DNA from: Bacteroidota bacterium
GTDB lineage: Bacteria > Bacteroidota > Bacteroidia > Chitinophagales > Saprospiraceae
Length of the DNA: 56,759 nt
Direction: 5' to 3'
Assembly (NCBI GenBank): GCA_039178745.1
Contig: JBCDFE010000001.1
Coordinates: 1 to 56,759, forward strand
Shown: one piece after another, positions 18,582 to 27,934 of the stretch
Numbering within the stretch: the stretch's first letter is position 1
Layout: the number at the start of each line of letters is the position of its first letter
Notes under the pieces: model-generated
The model's database searches: none
What the model saw: the letters and a program-made list of their open reading frames with translations, nothing else
What the model was told of the DNA's origin: nothing
Made by a program: the position numbers and the translations under genes

Positions 18582-19961
18582 ATGCAACAGGATGCTCAGA
18601 AAGCTGTAAGACCCATAAAAATCGGAGTCACCGATGTCGATGGGGTATTGCGTGCCAAATATCTAAGTAGCAATAAAATAGCAGGAAAGCAAGAGCCAGG
18701 TATCGGCTTTTGTAACGTTATCTTTGGATGGGACATCCATGATAGGCTGTACGAGGGTTATGCGCCGGATCATGGATTTGCCGATGCTGAGTTATTCATT
18801 GATACATCGACAAAACGAAGTATTCCCTGGGAAGACCATATTCAATTTTATTTGGCAGATTTTGGTGCTGGTGATGATTTTGCCGCCCAACTTTGTCCGA
18901 GAGGTTTGCTCAAGCGCTTGATTAAAAAAGCGGAAAGTATGGACCTAGAATCTCGGTTTGGTCCCGAATATGAGTGGTTTTTATATAGAGAATCTCCGAG
19001 TAGTGTAGCGGAAAAGAACTATAACGATTTTACTTCTTTATCTCCGGGCATGTTTGGATATTCGGATTTGCGAACGAGCCAGAATAGCGCATATCACCAT
19101 GACCTTTTTGAGCAGTTGTCGGCTTTTGATGTCGAGCTGGAGGGCTTACACACAGAGACCGGACCTGGCGTATTGGAAGCAGCTATCGAACACAGACCGG
19201 CACTTGAAGCTGCAGATCGCGCCATACTATTCAAGCAAGGTGTTAAGTCCATTAGTTACAGGCACGGCCTTATGTCGAGCTTTATGGCCAAGCCCTCGGC
19301 AGAGTTACCAGGCTGTGGTGGGCACCTGCACCAATCTCTATGGCGAGATGGTAAAAATATTTTTTACGATGCGCATGGCCGATACGGACTGAGTAAGCTA
19401 GGTGAGCATTATTTGGCGGGTCTACTGGACATGTCTTCTGCTATCGCCCTGTTTTTTGCACCCAATGTCAATAGCTACAAGCGCTATGTTCCCGGTTCTT
19501 GGGCACCTACTCGATACAATTGGGGTATTGATAACAGAACGGTTGCTTATCGTGTGATTCCCGGTGGTTCTAAAGGTACCCGAATAGAAGCTCGCCTGCC
19601 AGGGGCCGATGCTAACCCATATCTGGCTATTTCAGCTTGCCTGGCTGCCGGCCTGTATGGCATCGAGAATGAGCTGCCGTTGGATGTAGCGCCCATACAA
19701 GGCAGTGCATACGATGGCGGACTAATGAATGAGAACACAGATCGAAGCGCAACTGCCCCTAACCCTTCAGATGAGAAAACATCACTTATACCGAGCGACT
19801 TGGCTCAGGCTATAGGACTGGCATCTGCCGACATGCGTTTGCCTAAGTTGTTTGGTCAAGCATTTGTCGATCACTTTTTGGAGACACGCAGGCAAGAATG
19901 GAGGCAGTATCAAGTAGCAGTTACCGACTGGGAGAGGCGGCGTTATTTCGAACTGGCGTAA
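18582..19961 (+). CDS. glutamine-synthetase-like gamma-glutamyl-amine ligase
   Basis: DVDGVLRAK, GPEYEW, HTETGPGVLE, FMAKP..PGCGGHLHQSL, PNVNSYKR, WGIDNRT, RIEARLPGADANPY, TDWERRRYFE; PuuA/GlnA3-GlnA4 type rather than GSI-beta. Confidence 0.9.
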   Translation: MQQDAQKAVRPIKIGVTDVDGVLRAKYLSSNKIAGKQEPGIGFCNVIFGWDIHDRLYEGYAPDHGFADAELFIDTSTKRSIPWEDHIQFYLADFGAGDDFAAQLCPRGLLKRLIKKAESMDLESRFGPEYEWFLYRESPSSVAEKNYNDFTSLSPGMFGYSDLRTSQNSAYHHDLFEQLSAFDVELEGLHTETGPGVLEAAIEHRPALEAADRAILFKQGVKSISYRHGLMSSFMAKPSAELPGCGGHLHQSLWRDGKNIFYDAHGRYGLSKLGEHYLAGLLDMSSAIALFFAPNVNSYKRYVPGSWAPTRYNWGIDNRTVAYRVIPGGSKGTRIEARLPGADANPYLAISACLAAGLYGIENELPLDVAPIQGSAYDGGLMNENTDRSATAPNPSDEKTSLIPSDLAQAIGLASADMRLPKLFGQAFVDHFLETRRQEWRQYQVAVTDWERRRYFELA

Positions 19962-19970
19962 CTTCGTCCA

Positions 19971-20996
19971 ATGGATATAGACCATCAATTTCAGCGCATC
20001 ATTCATTACGCCTGGCGGGCTTACGACCATACTCGGAATATCGAATCGCTCACAGACATCAGTGCGCGAGTAAGCACCAACCGCGTGTACAGAATGCTTA
20101 TGGAAGATGGTAACGAATTGATCGCCAAGATTACGGTCTTTGGTTCATTCGAAAACTTTGCGGAAGATCACACCATCATCAATGTATTGGCCAATAATCT
20201 GCCCGTAAGGTTTGGTAATCTGCTTAGCCGGGCTCTGATGAAAGGGCCTAATATATTCTTTCATCGCCACGTAGATGACGAGATTGATGCGTGGGTCATT
20301 TTCTATCGGCCTATTGAGATTTATAGCAAGCCACCCAAACGATTCACCCTAGATCAAGTTCGAGTTTTAGGGCGCGAAATGGCTGCCTTTCATAAAGACT
20401 GCACCTTGGTTGCTCAAACGCTACCTCGCAGTGACAGAGACATGACTACTGATGTCAATGTTTTATTGAGTCAGGTTGATACGGATTTTCCAGAGCACGC
20501 CAAGCTCATCACCAAACACTGTCGTCGATTTCTAAAAAATACCTTTAGGAATAATAAGCTGGGCTTTGACAAAATACCAGTGTTCATAGATTGGAATATT
20601 GGAAACTTCAGCTTAGATCATGGTGGACTAGCCAGCAGATGGGACTATGATTGGTTTCGAATGTCTACTAGAGTGGCCGATTTCTACTTTTTTAGTAGAG
20701 TAGTTTCGGATGTGGGAGACCAAACGGCATTTACCTATGAAGTAGATCGTTTGATGGAAGATCGGTTTGTTGAATTTTTGTACGCTTACCATCAGGTTTT
20801 TCCACTTCGAAAAACTGAAGTGCTTTTTTTGAAAGAAGCCTATCGCTTTTTCTTGCTCAACTATGTGCTGAGATTAGGTCGTTTTTTCTTTCAACCTACT
20901 ATCGCCGATAAACTGGTCAAAGATGTACTGGAAATTCATCTGCCCGGTTTAGATGATGCATTTGACCCACTCCGACTTTGGAAAGCCATTAAATAA
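19971..20996 (+). CDS. APH/choline-kinase-like phosphotransferase
   Basis: STNRVY, LIAK, GREMAAFH, Brenner-like FIDWNIGN, and WDYD metal-binding motif. Confidence 0.7.
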   Translation: MDIDHQFQRIIHYAWRAYDHTRNIESLTDISARVSTNRVYRMLMEDGNELIAKITVFGSFENFAEDHTIINVLANNLPVRFGNLLSRALMKGPNIFFHRHVDDEIDAWVIFYRPIEIYSKPPKRFTLDQVRVLGREMAAFHKDCTLVAQTLPRSDRDMTTDVNVLLSQVDTDFPEHAKLITKHCRRFLKNTFRNNKLGFDKIPVFIDWNIGNFSLDHGGLASRWDYDWFRMSTRVADFYFFSRVVSDVGDQTAFTYEVDRLMEDRFVEFLYAYHQVFPLRKTEVLFLKEAYRFFLLNYVLRLGRFFFQPTIADKLVKDVLEIHLPGLDDAFDPLRLWKAIK

Positions 20997-20998
20997 AC

Positions 20999-21853
20999 TT
21001 GAAATTGAAAATAACGTCATTTCTGGAATTGATGTCTGCTTATCGAGCTATTTTTTTTGATAGCTATGGAGTGCTTCGCAATTATCATGGCATTATACCA
21101 GGAGCGGAAGAAACCATAGCCATTTTGCGAAAGCGAGATCTTCCATTTTTAATACTGACAAATAATGCCGCGAGGTCTCCTGAACAAGCTGCCAGCCGTT
21201 TGGCTAGCTATGGTCTGGAAGGTATTAATCCTGGTGAAATTATTACTTCTGGCTCTACGACCAGGCGGTTTTTGGAGCTGAAAGTCAAATCGGGCCGCGT
21301 TGCATACTTAGGCACAGAAGAGTCTGCAAATTATGTATTGGGAAACCAATTTGAGGCCATTCCAGTTGGCAAGGTGAATCTCGATGAATTAGCCGATATC
21401 GATGCCGTTGCGTTTTTAGACGATGAAGGCTATGACCTCAATATAGATTTGAATAAATTGCTCAATCTACTGCGTCAGCGCCCGGTGCCAACTGTTGTAG
21501 CCAATACGGATTTGCTCTATCCGGTGAGCAGATCGGAAGTGGCCATAGCCACGGGTAGCATCGCCAAGTTGATGGAATCAGTGCTGGGGAAAAAATTCAT
21601 CAAATTCGGAAAGCCCTCTGCACCTATGTTTCAGCTTGGCTTCGATCGGGTGGGGCAGTTCTTACCCGATTTAAAGCCCAATGAAATTTTAATGGTAGGA
21701 GATACCTTGCAAACCGATATTCTGGGCGGGAATAAATTTGGTCTAGATACGGCTTTGGTGCTGAGTGGCAATACGCGTCAGCAAACGGTGGAATATGAAA
21801 TATCCAGAACCGGTATTATTCCCGATTTTATATGTAAGTCTATTGGAAATTGA
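20999..21853 (+). CDS. HAD-IIA (NagD-like) phosphatase
   Basis: FFDSYGVL, LTNNAARS, VANTDL, GKPS, MVGDTLQTDILGG, LVLSG; TTG start. Confidence 0.9.
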   Translation: MKLKITSFLELMSAYRAIFFDSYGVLRNYHGIIPGAEETIAILRKRDLPFLILTNNAARSPEQAASRLASYGLEGINPGEIITSGSTTRRFLELKVKSGRVAYLGTEESANYVLGNQFEAIPVGKVNLDELADIDAVAFLDDEGYDLNIDLNKLLNLLRQRPVPTVVANTDLLYPVSRSEVAIATGSIAKLMESVLGKKFIKFGKPSAPMFQLGFDRVGQFLPDLKPNEILMVGDTLQTDILGGNKFGLDTALVLSGNTRQQTVEYEISRTGIIPDFICKSIGN

Positions 21854-21930
21854 TTTTTTATTTTGGACTTCCGCAGGTAGATAGATTTTCCAAATAGCAG
21901 CATTTTTAACCCAGTAAAATAAAATACTAA

Positions 21931-22179
21931 ATGAGTAGTTTCGACGATAAGGATATATTGATTATTCGCATAATCAGATCGCAAATTGGCAAGCGGTGGA
22001 TCGAAGCCAAAGAGCATATAATTAATCAATTACCTGAAGATTCAGAACCTGAAATTATCGATAAATTTATCGATCGGCGAGACGAGCCGGGTATTTACAT
22101 CAATGAATATGGGGTGGAACCGAGGTTTTATCTGCATCGTTCATCCAAGCGGTTGCTGGAGTTCTATCCTAGTAAGTAG
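21931..22179 (+). CDS. small hypothetical protein
   Basis: 82-aa ORF with an A-rich upstream region, filling the gap without overlap. Confidence 0.55.
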   Translation: MSSFDDKDILIIRIIRSQIGKRWIEAKEHIINQLPEDSEPEIIDKFIDRRDEPGIYINEYGVEPRFYLHRSSKRLLEFYPSK

Positions 22180-22191
22180 AAGTGCATCAAT

Positions 22192-22926
22192 CTACACAAC
22201 GGTAACCCGTTTTCTATACAACTTGCCATTGACATCTGTTACGACCAGCAGGTATGCACCGCTGGGATAAATACTCAGATCGATTCTGTCAAACTGGCCC
22301 GAACTGGCCCGGTTGGTGATCAGTCGCCCTCTTTGGTCGTGTAAGGATATGGACTGTAGTTGTAAATCATTGGGCAATCGGAAATTTATCCATCCGTCGC
22401 TTGGATTTGGATAAACATCAAGTAGATCTCTGATAACAATATCTTGTACAGAAACCGTTTGGTCGATATTGAATCGCACCTCCGACAAGCCTGCACAACC
22501 GATACCATCGTTTTCATTTGGCACAGTCAGCAATACATATCGGGCAGTTACGCCGCTGAGGTCTGGTCCGTTTTCGCCCTCATAATCGGTTGTGCCTGGA
22601 GCTAGGCTTAGATCAAATGCGCCCCAGCTTACCCAATTGATTCCGTCTGTAGAATAATCAATCTCCAATTCAGTTGCACCCAGGGCTAAGTAGGTGGGCT
22701 CATTAAAGTTCCAGATGGTGGTGGTACTGAGGGCATACGGCTGCCCGAAATCGAACTGCAACCACAACCCTTCCGGTCTGGCCGGATTGGGACTGGCTGA
22801 AGACTCGCAACTCAGCCACATGGTTTCTGGTCTGGTGTCGTGGGTAAAGCCCGTGGGCCAGCACTGAGCCTCTGATTCGTTGATCAACAGGAGGAGGCCA
22901 AAAAGGAGGGTGTATATCTTTATCAT
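22192..22926 (-). CDS. T9SS cargo protein with discoidin/F5-8-like domain
   Basis: Signal peptide; WLQFDFGQ..IWNFNE..YSTDGINW..ARYVLL..GLSEVRF; VYPNPS...GAYLL...KRVTVV CTD. Confidence 0.85.
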   Translation of the reverse strand: MIKIYTLLFGLLLLINESEAQCWPTGFTHDTRPETMWLSCESSASPNPARPEGLWLQFDFGQPYALSTTTIWNFNEPTYLALGATELEIDYSTDGINWVSWGAFDLSLAPGTTDYEGENGPDLSGVTARYVLLTVPNENDGIGCAGLSEVRFNIDQTVSVQDIVIRDLLDVYPNPSDGWINFRLPNDLQLQSISLHDQRGRLITNRASSGQFDRIDLSIYPSGAYLLVVTDVNGKLYRKRVTVV

Positions 22927-22953
22927 CGGGATATATATTGATGTTTCTGGATC

Positions 22954-24354
22954 TTAGTTATTCAGTAAAAAACCAATGGGTGGCTCATTGCTGCTGCTGG
23001 CGTAGAAGTTGCCTATGTTGGGTAAGACCAAAGGTAGATCGGTCGCACTGACCCCCATCCAGAGAGCTAACTCGGCAAAATATTCGTCGGTAGAGGTAGT
23101 AGGTATCAGGATACCTCCACCTACATCGAGGTTGTTTTGTAAGCCCAGGTCGGGATACAAACCGTAAACTTCGCCTCCGTTGACGGCACCGCCTACGATG
23201 AGGGCATTGCCGCCCCAGCCGTGATCGGAGCCATTTCCATTGGAGGTGAGCGTACGCGCAAAGTCGGATATGGTAAAAGTGGTGACACAGTCGGATACAC
23301 CGAGTTCGGTCATGGCTGCCTGAAACTCGCCTATGGCCTGACTTACACCTGCCAGCATGGTGTTTTGAATATTGATGACCTCATCGTGGTGATCCCATCC
23401 GCCGACAACTACAAAGAACACCTGCCTGCGGAATTGGAGGGTCTCTCTGGCGGCAATAGTCCTGGCGATGAGGGAAAGATCTACGGAAAGCCGGTTGTCG
23501 GGATTGAAGGGGGTATTTAGTGGTGGTGTATTCTGAAGGGCTTCGGTATAAGCTGCATTGGCTTGCAAACCCACATTGATGGTATTGACGTAGCTCTGCT
23601 CGAAGAGATTTTGGTACTCTTGTTCGAGGATGTTGTCTACGGCGGCCGTTCTTATTTGCTCGAAGGGGCTTGGATCACCATATCCGAAGAGGGTTTCTAC
23701 TCCGCCCTGGGGGCCATTGACGGTAAAGGATATGGTTTCGTTGCCGGCTTGAAAGACATTGTTGCCAGCCAGTGATACATTCATCGAGATGTTCTCATTG
23801 GCATTTCCGGCGGCGAGCAGATCGGCCATTTTACCACCCCAACCGATGGCTGCCCGGTTTTGGGGAACCGAAGTCTGCCATTGCATAATCTGATCGGAAT
23901 GACTGAAGAGGCCGACCGGTAGTTGCGCCTGGAAATTTTGGATGTCGATCAGGCTAGTCGGTTCTATGAGTGTGCCGACGTTGGATAGGAAAGCCGCCTG
24001 ACCCGAATCGTATAGACTTTGAACCTCTGGCATGGCCGGGTGTAACCCCAGGTCGAGCCCGGTCTGTAGCGTCTGAGATAGTGGCAAGAGACCGACCTGC
24101 GGAAGTGCTAAATTAGATCTCGTATTGGCGTAGGCTGCATACTCGGCATCGCCTCGTGGAACGAGCATGTTGTAGCTGTCATTGCCGCCGGCGAGTAGTA
24201 TGCAGACCAGGGCCCTGTAGTCTTCGCTAGTATTGGTCATGACGCTGTGAGCGGCTGCGGCATTGAGTTTGCTAAGGCTGTGCCAGGAAGAGAAAAATGG
24301 GAGTAGGCCCATGCCTGCACAGCTGCTGGCTTTTAGAAAATTTCTGCGATTCAT
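22954..24354 (-). CDS. DUF1501 family protein, Tat-exported
   Basis: Start ATG 24354 gives NRRNFLK twin-arginine signal; LAGGNDSYNMLVP, LFSHSDQ, GGWDHH, SDFARTL, GSDHGWGG. Confidence 0.9.
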   Translation of the reverse strand: MNRRNFLKASSCAGMGLLPFFSSWHSLSKLNAAAAHSVMTNTSEDYRALVCILLAGGNDSYNMLVPRGDAEYAAYANTRSNLALPQVGLLPLSQTLQTGLDLGLHPAMPEVQSLYDSGQAAFLSNVGTLIEPTSLIDIQNFQAQLPVGLFSHSDQIMQWQTSVPQNRAAIGWGGKMADLLAAGNANENISMNVSLAGNNVFQAGNETISFTVNGPQGGVETLFGYGDPSPFEQIRTAAVDNILEQEYQNLFEQSYVNTINVGLQANAAYTEALQNTPPLNTPFNPDNRLSVDLSLIARTIAARETLQFRRQVFFVVVGGWDHHDEVINIQNTMLAGVSQAIGEFQAAMTELGVSDCVTTFTISDFARTLTSNGNGSDHGWGGNALIVGGAVNGGEVYGLYPDLGLQNNLDVGGGILIPTTSTDEYFAELALWMGVSATDLPLVLPNIGNFYASSSNEPPIGFLLNN

Positions 24355-24367
24355 GATAGAGGTTGCT

Positions 24368-26176
24368 TTAGCGGAGGACGGTGTAATCGGGTGATAGCAT
24401 GATGAGATATACAGCCAGGGAAACCCTGAAAGTCGGTTCTGGGCCAAAGGTGTCGTCTAGCTGGTCTAGAGCCGTTTGTACCGCATTTCTGGTTGTTTCG
24501 GATAGTCGCCCGTGGCAAAGCACGAGATCCAATTCGTCTATCAATACCTCGGTACTTTCCCAGCTTAGCAGGTCGTCTATGAAGGGCTGCAATTCTTCTT
24601 CTGGAGGAATATCTTCGCCTATGGCCTCGTATATGAAACCGTTGTCCATATAGAAATCGCTAAAGTTCCAGGCGTTCAGAATGTTGCCGTAGCTGATGGA
24701 TGTAGCAGTGTTGTGCAACTGAAATACTGGCGCGACCAAGTCGGCATCGGCGATGAGACCATTGGGTTGATAGTCGGGCAGATAGAAGTTGAATACACTA
24801 GGGGCCCAGAGCGGGATCTGTTGCTGCAAGCCCAGGAACCAGAATGGATCGTTGTAGTAGCGATCGGTTTGATTGCGTATGCGGAAGGCCCTCAGGAAAT
24901 GGGTGTACCGAGCTATTGGCTCACGGAGTTTGCCGTTTTCTGGGTCAGATATCCAACTGCAATCTCTGGCTTCGGGGTCTAATAGTATGGCCTTTACCAC
25001 GGCTCCCAGGTCGCCTCTTTCGCCCTGACCATTGTCTGCGAATACGCTGGATATGCGTTCTACAAACTCCGGGGTGGGATTGGACTTGACCAGGTGCTGA
25101 ATGAGTCTGTAGCATATAAATGGACCCGTGTTGGGATGGTTAGCCAGATGATTGATGGCCGCGGCTATATCTTCCATTCCGGACTGACCTGCGGGAATCT
25201 CAAAGTCGTTGAGTAAGAACTTCGGCCCTGGCTCGTGCCAGAACTCGTACATGCGCATCGGGCGCAGGAAATCGACTATACCAGGACTGGGTGTCTGGCC
25301 GAAGGTTCCATCTGGTGCTCCATTGCCCAGGCCAGTGAATACCTTGGCGAACTCCTTGATATCGTCGTTGTCGTAGGTGGGAATATCATTGCCCTGCTCG
25401 TCTTTTTTTCTCGTTCCGTCGGGGTTTAGCTCGAATAGTCCGATGGAAAAAAGCTGCATGACCTCCCTGGCGTAATTCTCATCCGGTCTGATGTTGGCCT
25501 CGGGGATGGTTCTGGGATTATTGAAATGGGTGAGGTACACGCCCATGATCGGATGCAGGGTGACATCCATGAGCAAGTCTTCGTAATTGCCGAGGGCGTG
25601 TTCAAGTAGTATGTCATAGTAGTCAGCCAGTGTCAGACCATACAAATTATTGCCAAAGGGCACACCTGAGACTACAAAGATCTGGCTCAGCGCGAAGGCA
25701 ACTCGCTGCCTGAGTATGTCCGGCCCAGTCATGAGCGCCTGCCACCAAGCTGCTTGAAAGGTTTGGGCGACTCCGTTTTCGAGCTCGTCGCAAGTAATTT
25801 CTGGTCCATTGCCATCGTAGCATAGATTGCTGAGATGAGCCAGGGCAATTTCCAATTCTGGCAATAGGTAGGTCGGTTCTATTTGTACCTGCTCATCTAT
25901 CCACTCGGCAAATCCCTGAGCGCGCACAGCCTCTATGTCTTCCCGATTTGCCCCCAAGGTAGCCTGCGATAAAAATCTGGAAGTTTGTATGCGCATGGAG
26001 GCACTGTCCAATCCGTCGGCGTCTATGATCTGATGGGCCTCCAGACCTTCTAAAGCGGGTGAGCTACTGATGGAGATGCCTATGTCGTGGCCAGCGCCTA
26101 GATAATCTGTATACACCTGAGCGTGTGTAAGCCCGATACACAAGCAGCTGTAGGCGAGTAGGGTGAGTTTTTGCAT
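24368..26176 (-). CDS. DUF1800 family protein
   Basis: RFLSQATLG, LRQRVAFALSQIFVVS, PDENYAREVMQLFSIGL, HPNTGPF, GKLREP, APSVFNFY; Sec signal peptide. Confidence 0.92.
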   Translation of the reverse strand: MQKLTLLAYSCLCIGLTHAQVYTDYLGAGHDIGISISSSPALEGLEAHQIIDADGLDSASMRIQTSRFLSQATLGANREDIEAVRAQGFAEWIDEQVQIEPTYLLPELEIALAHLSNLCYDGNGPEITCDELENGVAQTFQAAWWQALMTGPDILRQRVAFALSQIFVVSGVPFGNNLYGLTLADYYDILLEHALGNYEDLLMDVTLHPIMGVYLTHFNNPRTIPEANIRPDENYAREVMQLFSIGLFELNPDGTRKKDEQGNDIPTYDNDDIKEFAKVFTGLGNGAPDGTFGQTPSPGIVDFLRPMRMYEFWHEPGPKFLLNDFEIPAGQSGMEDIAAAINHLANHPNTGPFICYRLIQHLVKSNPTPEFVERISSVFADNGQGERGDLGAVVKAILLDPEARDCSWISDPENGKLREPIARYTHFLRAFRIRNQTDRYYNDPFWFLGLQQQIPLWAPSVFNFYLPDYQPNGLIADADLVAPVFQLHNTATSISYGNILNAWNFSDFYMDNGFIYEAIGEDIPPEEELQPFIDDLLSWESTEVLIDELDLVLCHGRLSETTRNAVQTALDQLDDTFGPEPTFRVSLAVYLIMLSPDYTVLR

Positions 26177-26274
26177 GATTTGCTCGCTGATTTTGAAGTT
26201 GAACGAGCCAGTTGCAGATTACCCTACCGGTAGTTGGGAAAAGATTAGGTCTCCTTTCCAGCCCCAACAACGAC

Positions 26275-26502
26275 TTATCCACCCAGCACCATTGCTGCAG
26301 AGATGATCATTAGATTCTTAATGATATACTGACCTTCCAGGGTCAGCAGCAAGTCTTCAGCCGAAGAGTAACCCAAAGGCTTGAGAATACCGAACCAAAT
26401 GAAAATGATGCCGAAAGAAATGCGAATAGCGGGTCGGCTGATGCGACCCATCAGACGGCTTATGAAGTGATCAGCCTTTTGGGGGATAGTGGTTCTAAAC
26501 AT
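26275..26502 (-). pseudogene. DoxX/DUF417-like membrane protein with in-frame internal deletion
   Basis: N-terminal RISFGIIFIWFGILKP..SSAEDLL is joined directly to the C-terminal LTLEGQYIIKNL..ISAA motif; the middle helices are missing. Confidence 0.6.
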
Positions 26503-26593
26503 GTGCGAGCGCTGGATGGAATTGTAAATAAAACAAGATCCTCACGCCCAGGGTTGGCTGCTGTGGAATGATCAAGATTATTTAATGTAGATA

Positions 26594-26606
26594 TAGACAA
26601 ATTCTA
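26594..26606. promoter_or_regulatory. candidate iron-responsive operator (TAGA-N5-TCTA)
   Basis: TAGACAAATTCTA palindrome in AT-rich DNA about 50 nt upstream of a PepSY-TM gene. Confidence 0.4.
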
Positions 26607-26658
26607 AACTAGCTTATAATTTCATAGCTTAGCAGCTTAGTACAGAACTATCGAGACA

Positions 26659-27924
26659 ATGCGCAAGCGCAAAGAAAAACCACTAGGTAAAAGAATTTTT
26701 GGCTGGTTACACTTGTGGCTAGGTATGGTCGCAGGGATCATTGTGGTGATCAGCATGCTGGGTGCGACTATTTTTGTTTGGGAGGAAAATCTGACCAACT
26801 GGTGGTATACAGATATGGTATACACTGATGGGGTGTATACTGAGGAGGAGTTACTTCCCGTCAGCGAGGTTTTTGGAGCTGTTCAGGAAGCATATCCCGA
26901 CAAGTCTTTTACCTTTTCGCGCATATATCGAGAGGCGAGCCGAAACTATGTTTTTAGCACTTTTAAGCGGGCAGAAGAACCCGGATTGAGTTGGGCGTCG
27001 GGTATCGAATATTACTTACAAGTGTATGTCAATCCATACACGGGCCAGGTTGCAGGCCAGATTGATAAGAAGCGCGACTGGATTACGCTATCTCGCTACC
27101 TACATCAGAATTTGTTGCTCAAGCACGATATCGGAGGACAGATAGTGGGTGCTGCTGCCCTAATTATGATATTTCTCGCCTTGAGTGGACTATACCTGTG
27201 GTGGCCCCGAAACAAAGCCATGCTGAAGCGGCGGCTCAAAATCAAATGGAATGGCAGGTTCAAGCGCGTGAATTGGGATGTGCACAGCGTAGGTGGATTC
27301 TACACCTATTTACTCCTTATTCTTTTTGCAGCCACAGGTCTGGTTTGGTCTTATGGCTGGTGGAGTGATGGACTGTATCGCTTGTTTGGTAGTGATCCTG
27401 AGCAGGTATTTGAACGACCTGACCCACCAGAGCTAAGCGGGGCCGATCAGACTTATGCCATTAATCTGGCTTTTGAGGATGCAAAGATGAAGCAACCCAA
27501 TTGGTACAAAATGTCGTTCAGTATCCCACGTGCAGATAGTGAGAAAGGGGTGATATCCGCCAGAATGAATTATAAACACGAAAATTCCTGGTGGGAAACT
27601 ACAGATCAGTACCGATACCATCCGGAAACGGGCGAAGTTGTCCATACATTCACCCACAACGAGAAGCAGTTGGGCGAAAAGTGGCGAAATAGCAACTATG
27701 CCATTCACGTAGGCAGTATCTATGGAACGCCGACCAAGATCATAGCTTCGCTTTGTGCTCTATTTTTTGCCACCTTGCCTATATCCGGCTTTCTGATCTG
27801 GTTTCAAAGACGGAAGAAAAAGAAGCGGAAGTGGGCGGAGAATTACATAGTCAGGTCAAAAGCTATTGTTCAAGACACAAGTGTGGCCGTTGGAGCAATG
27901 ACAGCTTCAAAGAGAGTGGAGTGA
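26659..27924 (+). CDS. PepSY-associated TM helix protein (iron-regulated membrane protein)
   Basis: LHLWLG, VYVNPYTG, LHQNLL, SGLYLWWP, WDVHSVGG, TGLVWSY, IHVGSIYG. Confidence 0.9.
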   Translation: MRKRKEKPLGKRIFGWLHLWLGMVAGIIVVISMLGATIFVWEENLTNWWYTDMVYTDGVYTEEELLPVSEVFGAVQEAYPDKSFTFSRIYREASRNYVFSTFKRAEEPGLSWASGIEYYLQVYVNPYTGQVAGQIDKKRDWITLSRYLHQNLLLKHDIGGQIVGAAALIMIFLALSGLYLWWPRNKAMLKRRLKIKWNGRFKRVNWDVHSVGGFYTYLLLILFAATGLVWSYGWWSDGLYRLFGSDPEQVFERPDPPELSGADQTYAINLAFEDAKMKQPNWYKMSFSIPRADSEKGVISARMNYKHENSWWETTDQYRYHPETGEVVHTFTHNEKQLGEKWRNSNYAIHVGSIYGTPTKIIASLCALFFATLPISGFLIWFQRRKKKKRKWAENYIVRSKAIVQDTSVAVGAMTASKRVE

Positions 27925-27934
27925 TAGGCTCGCT

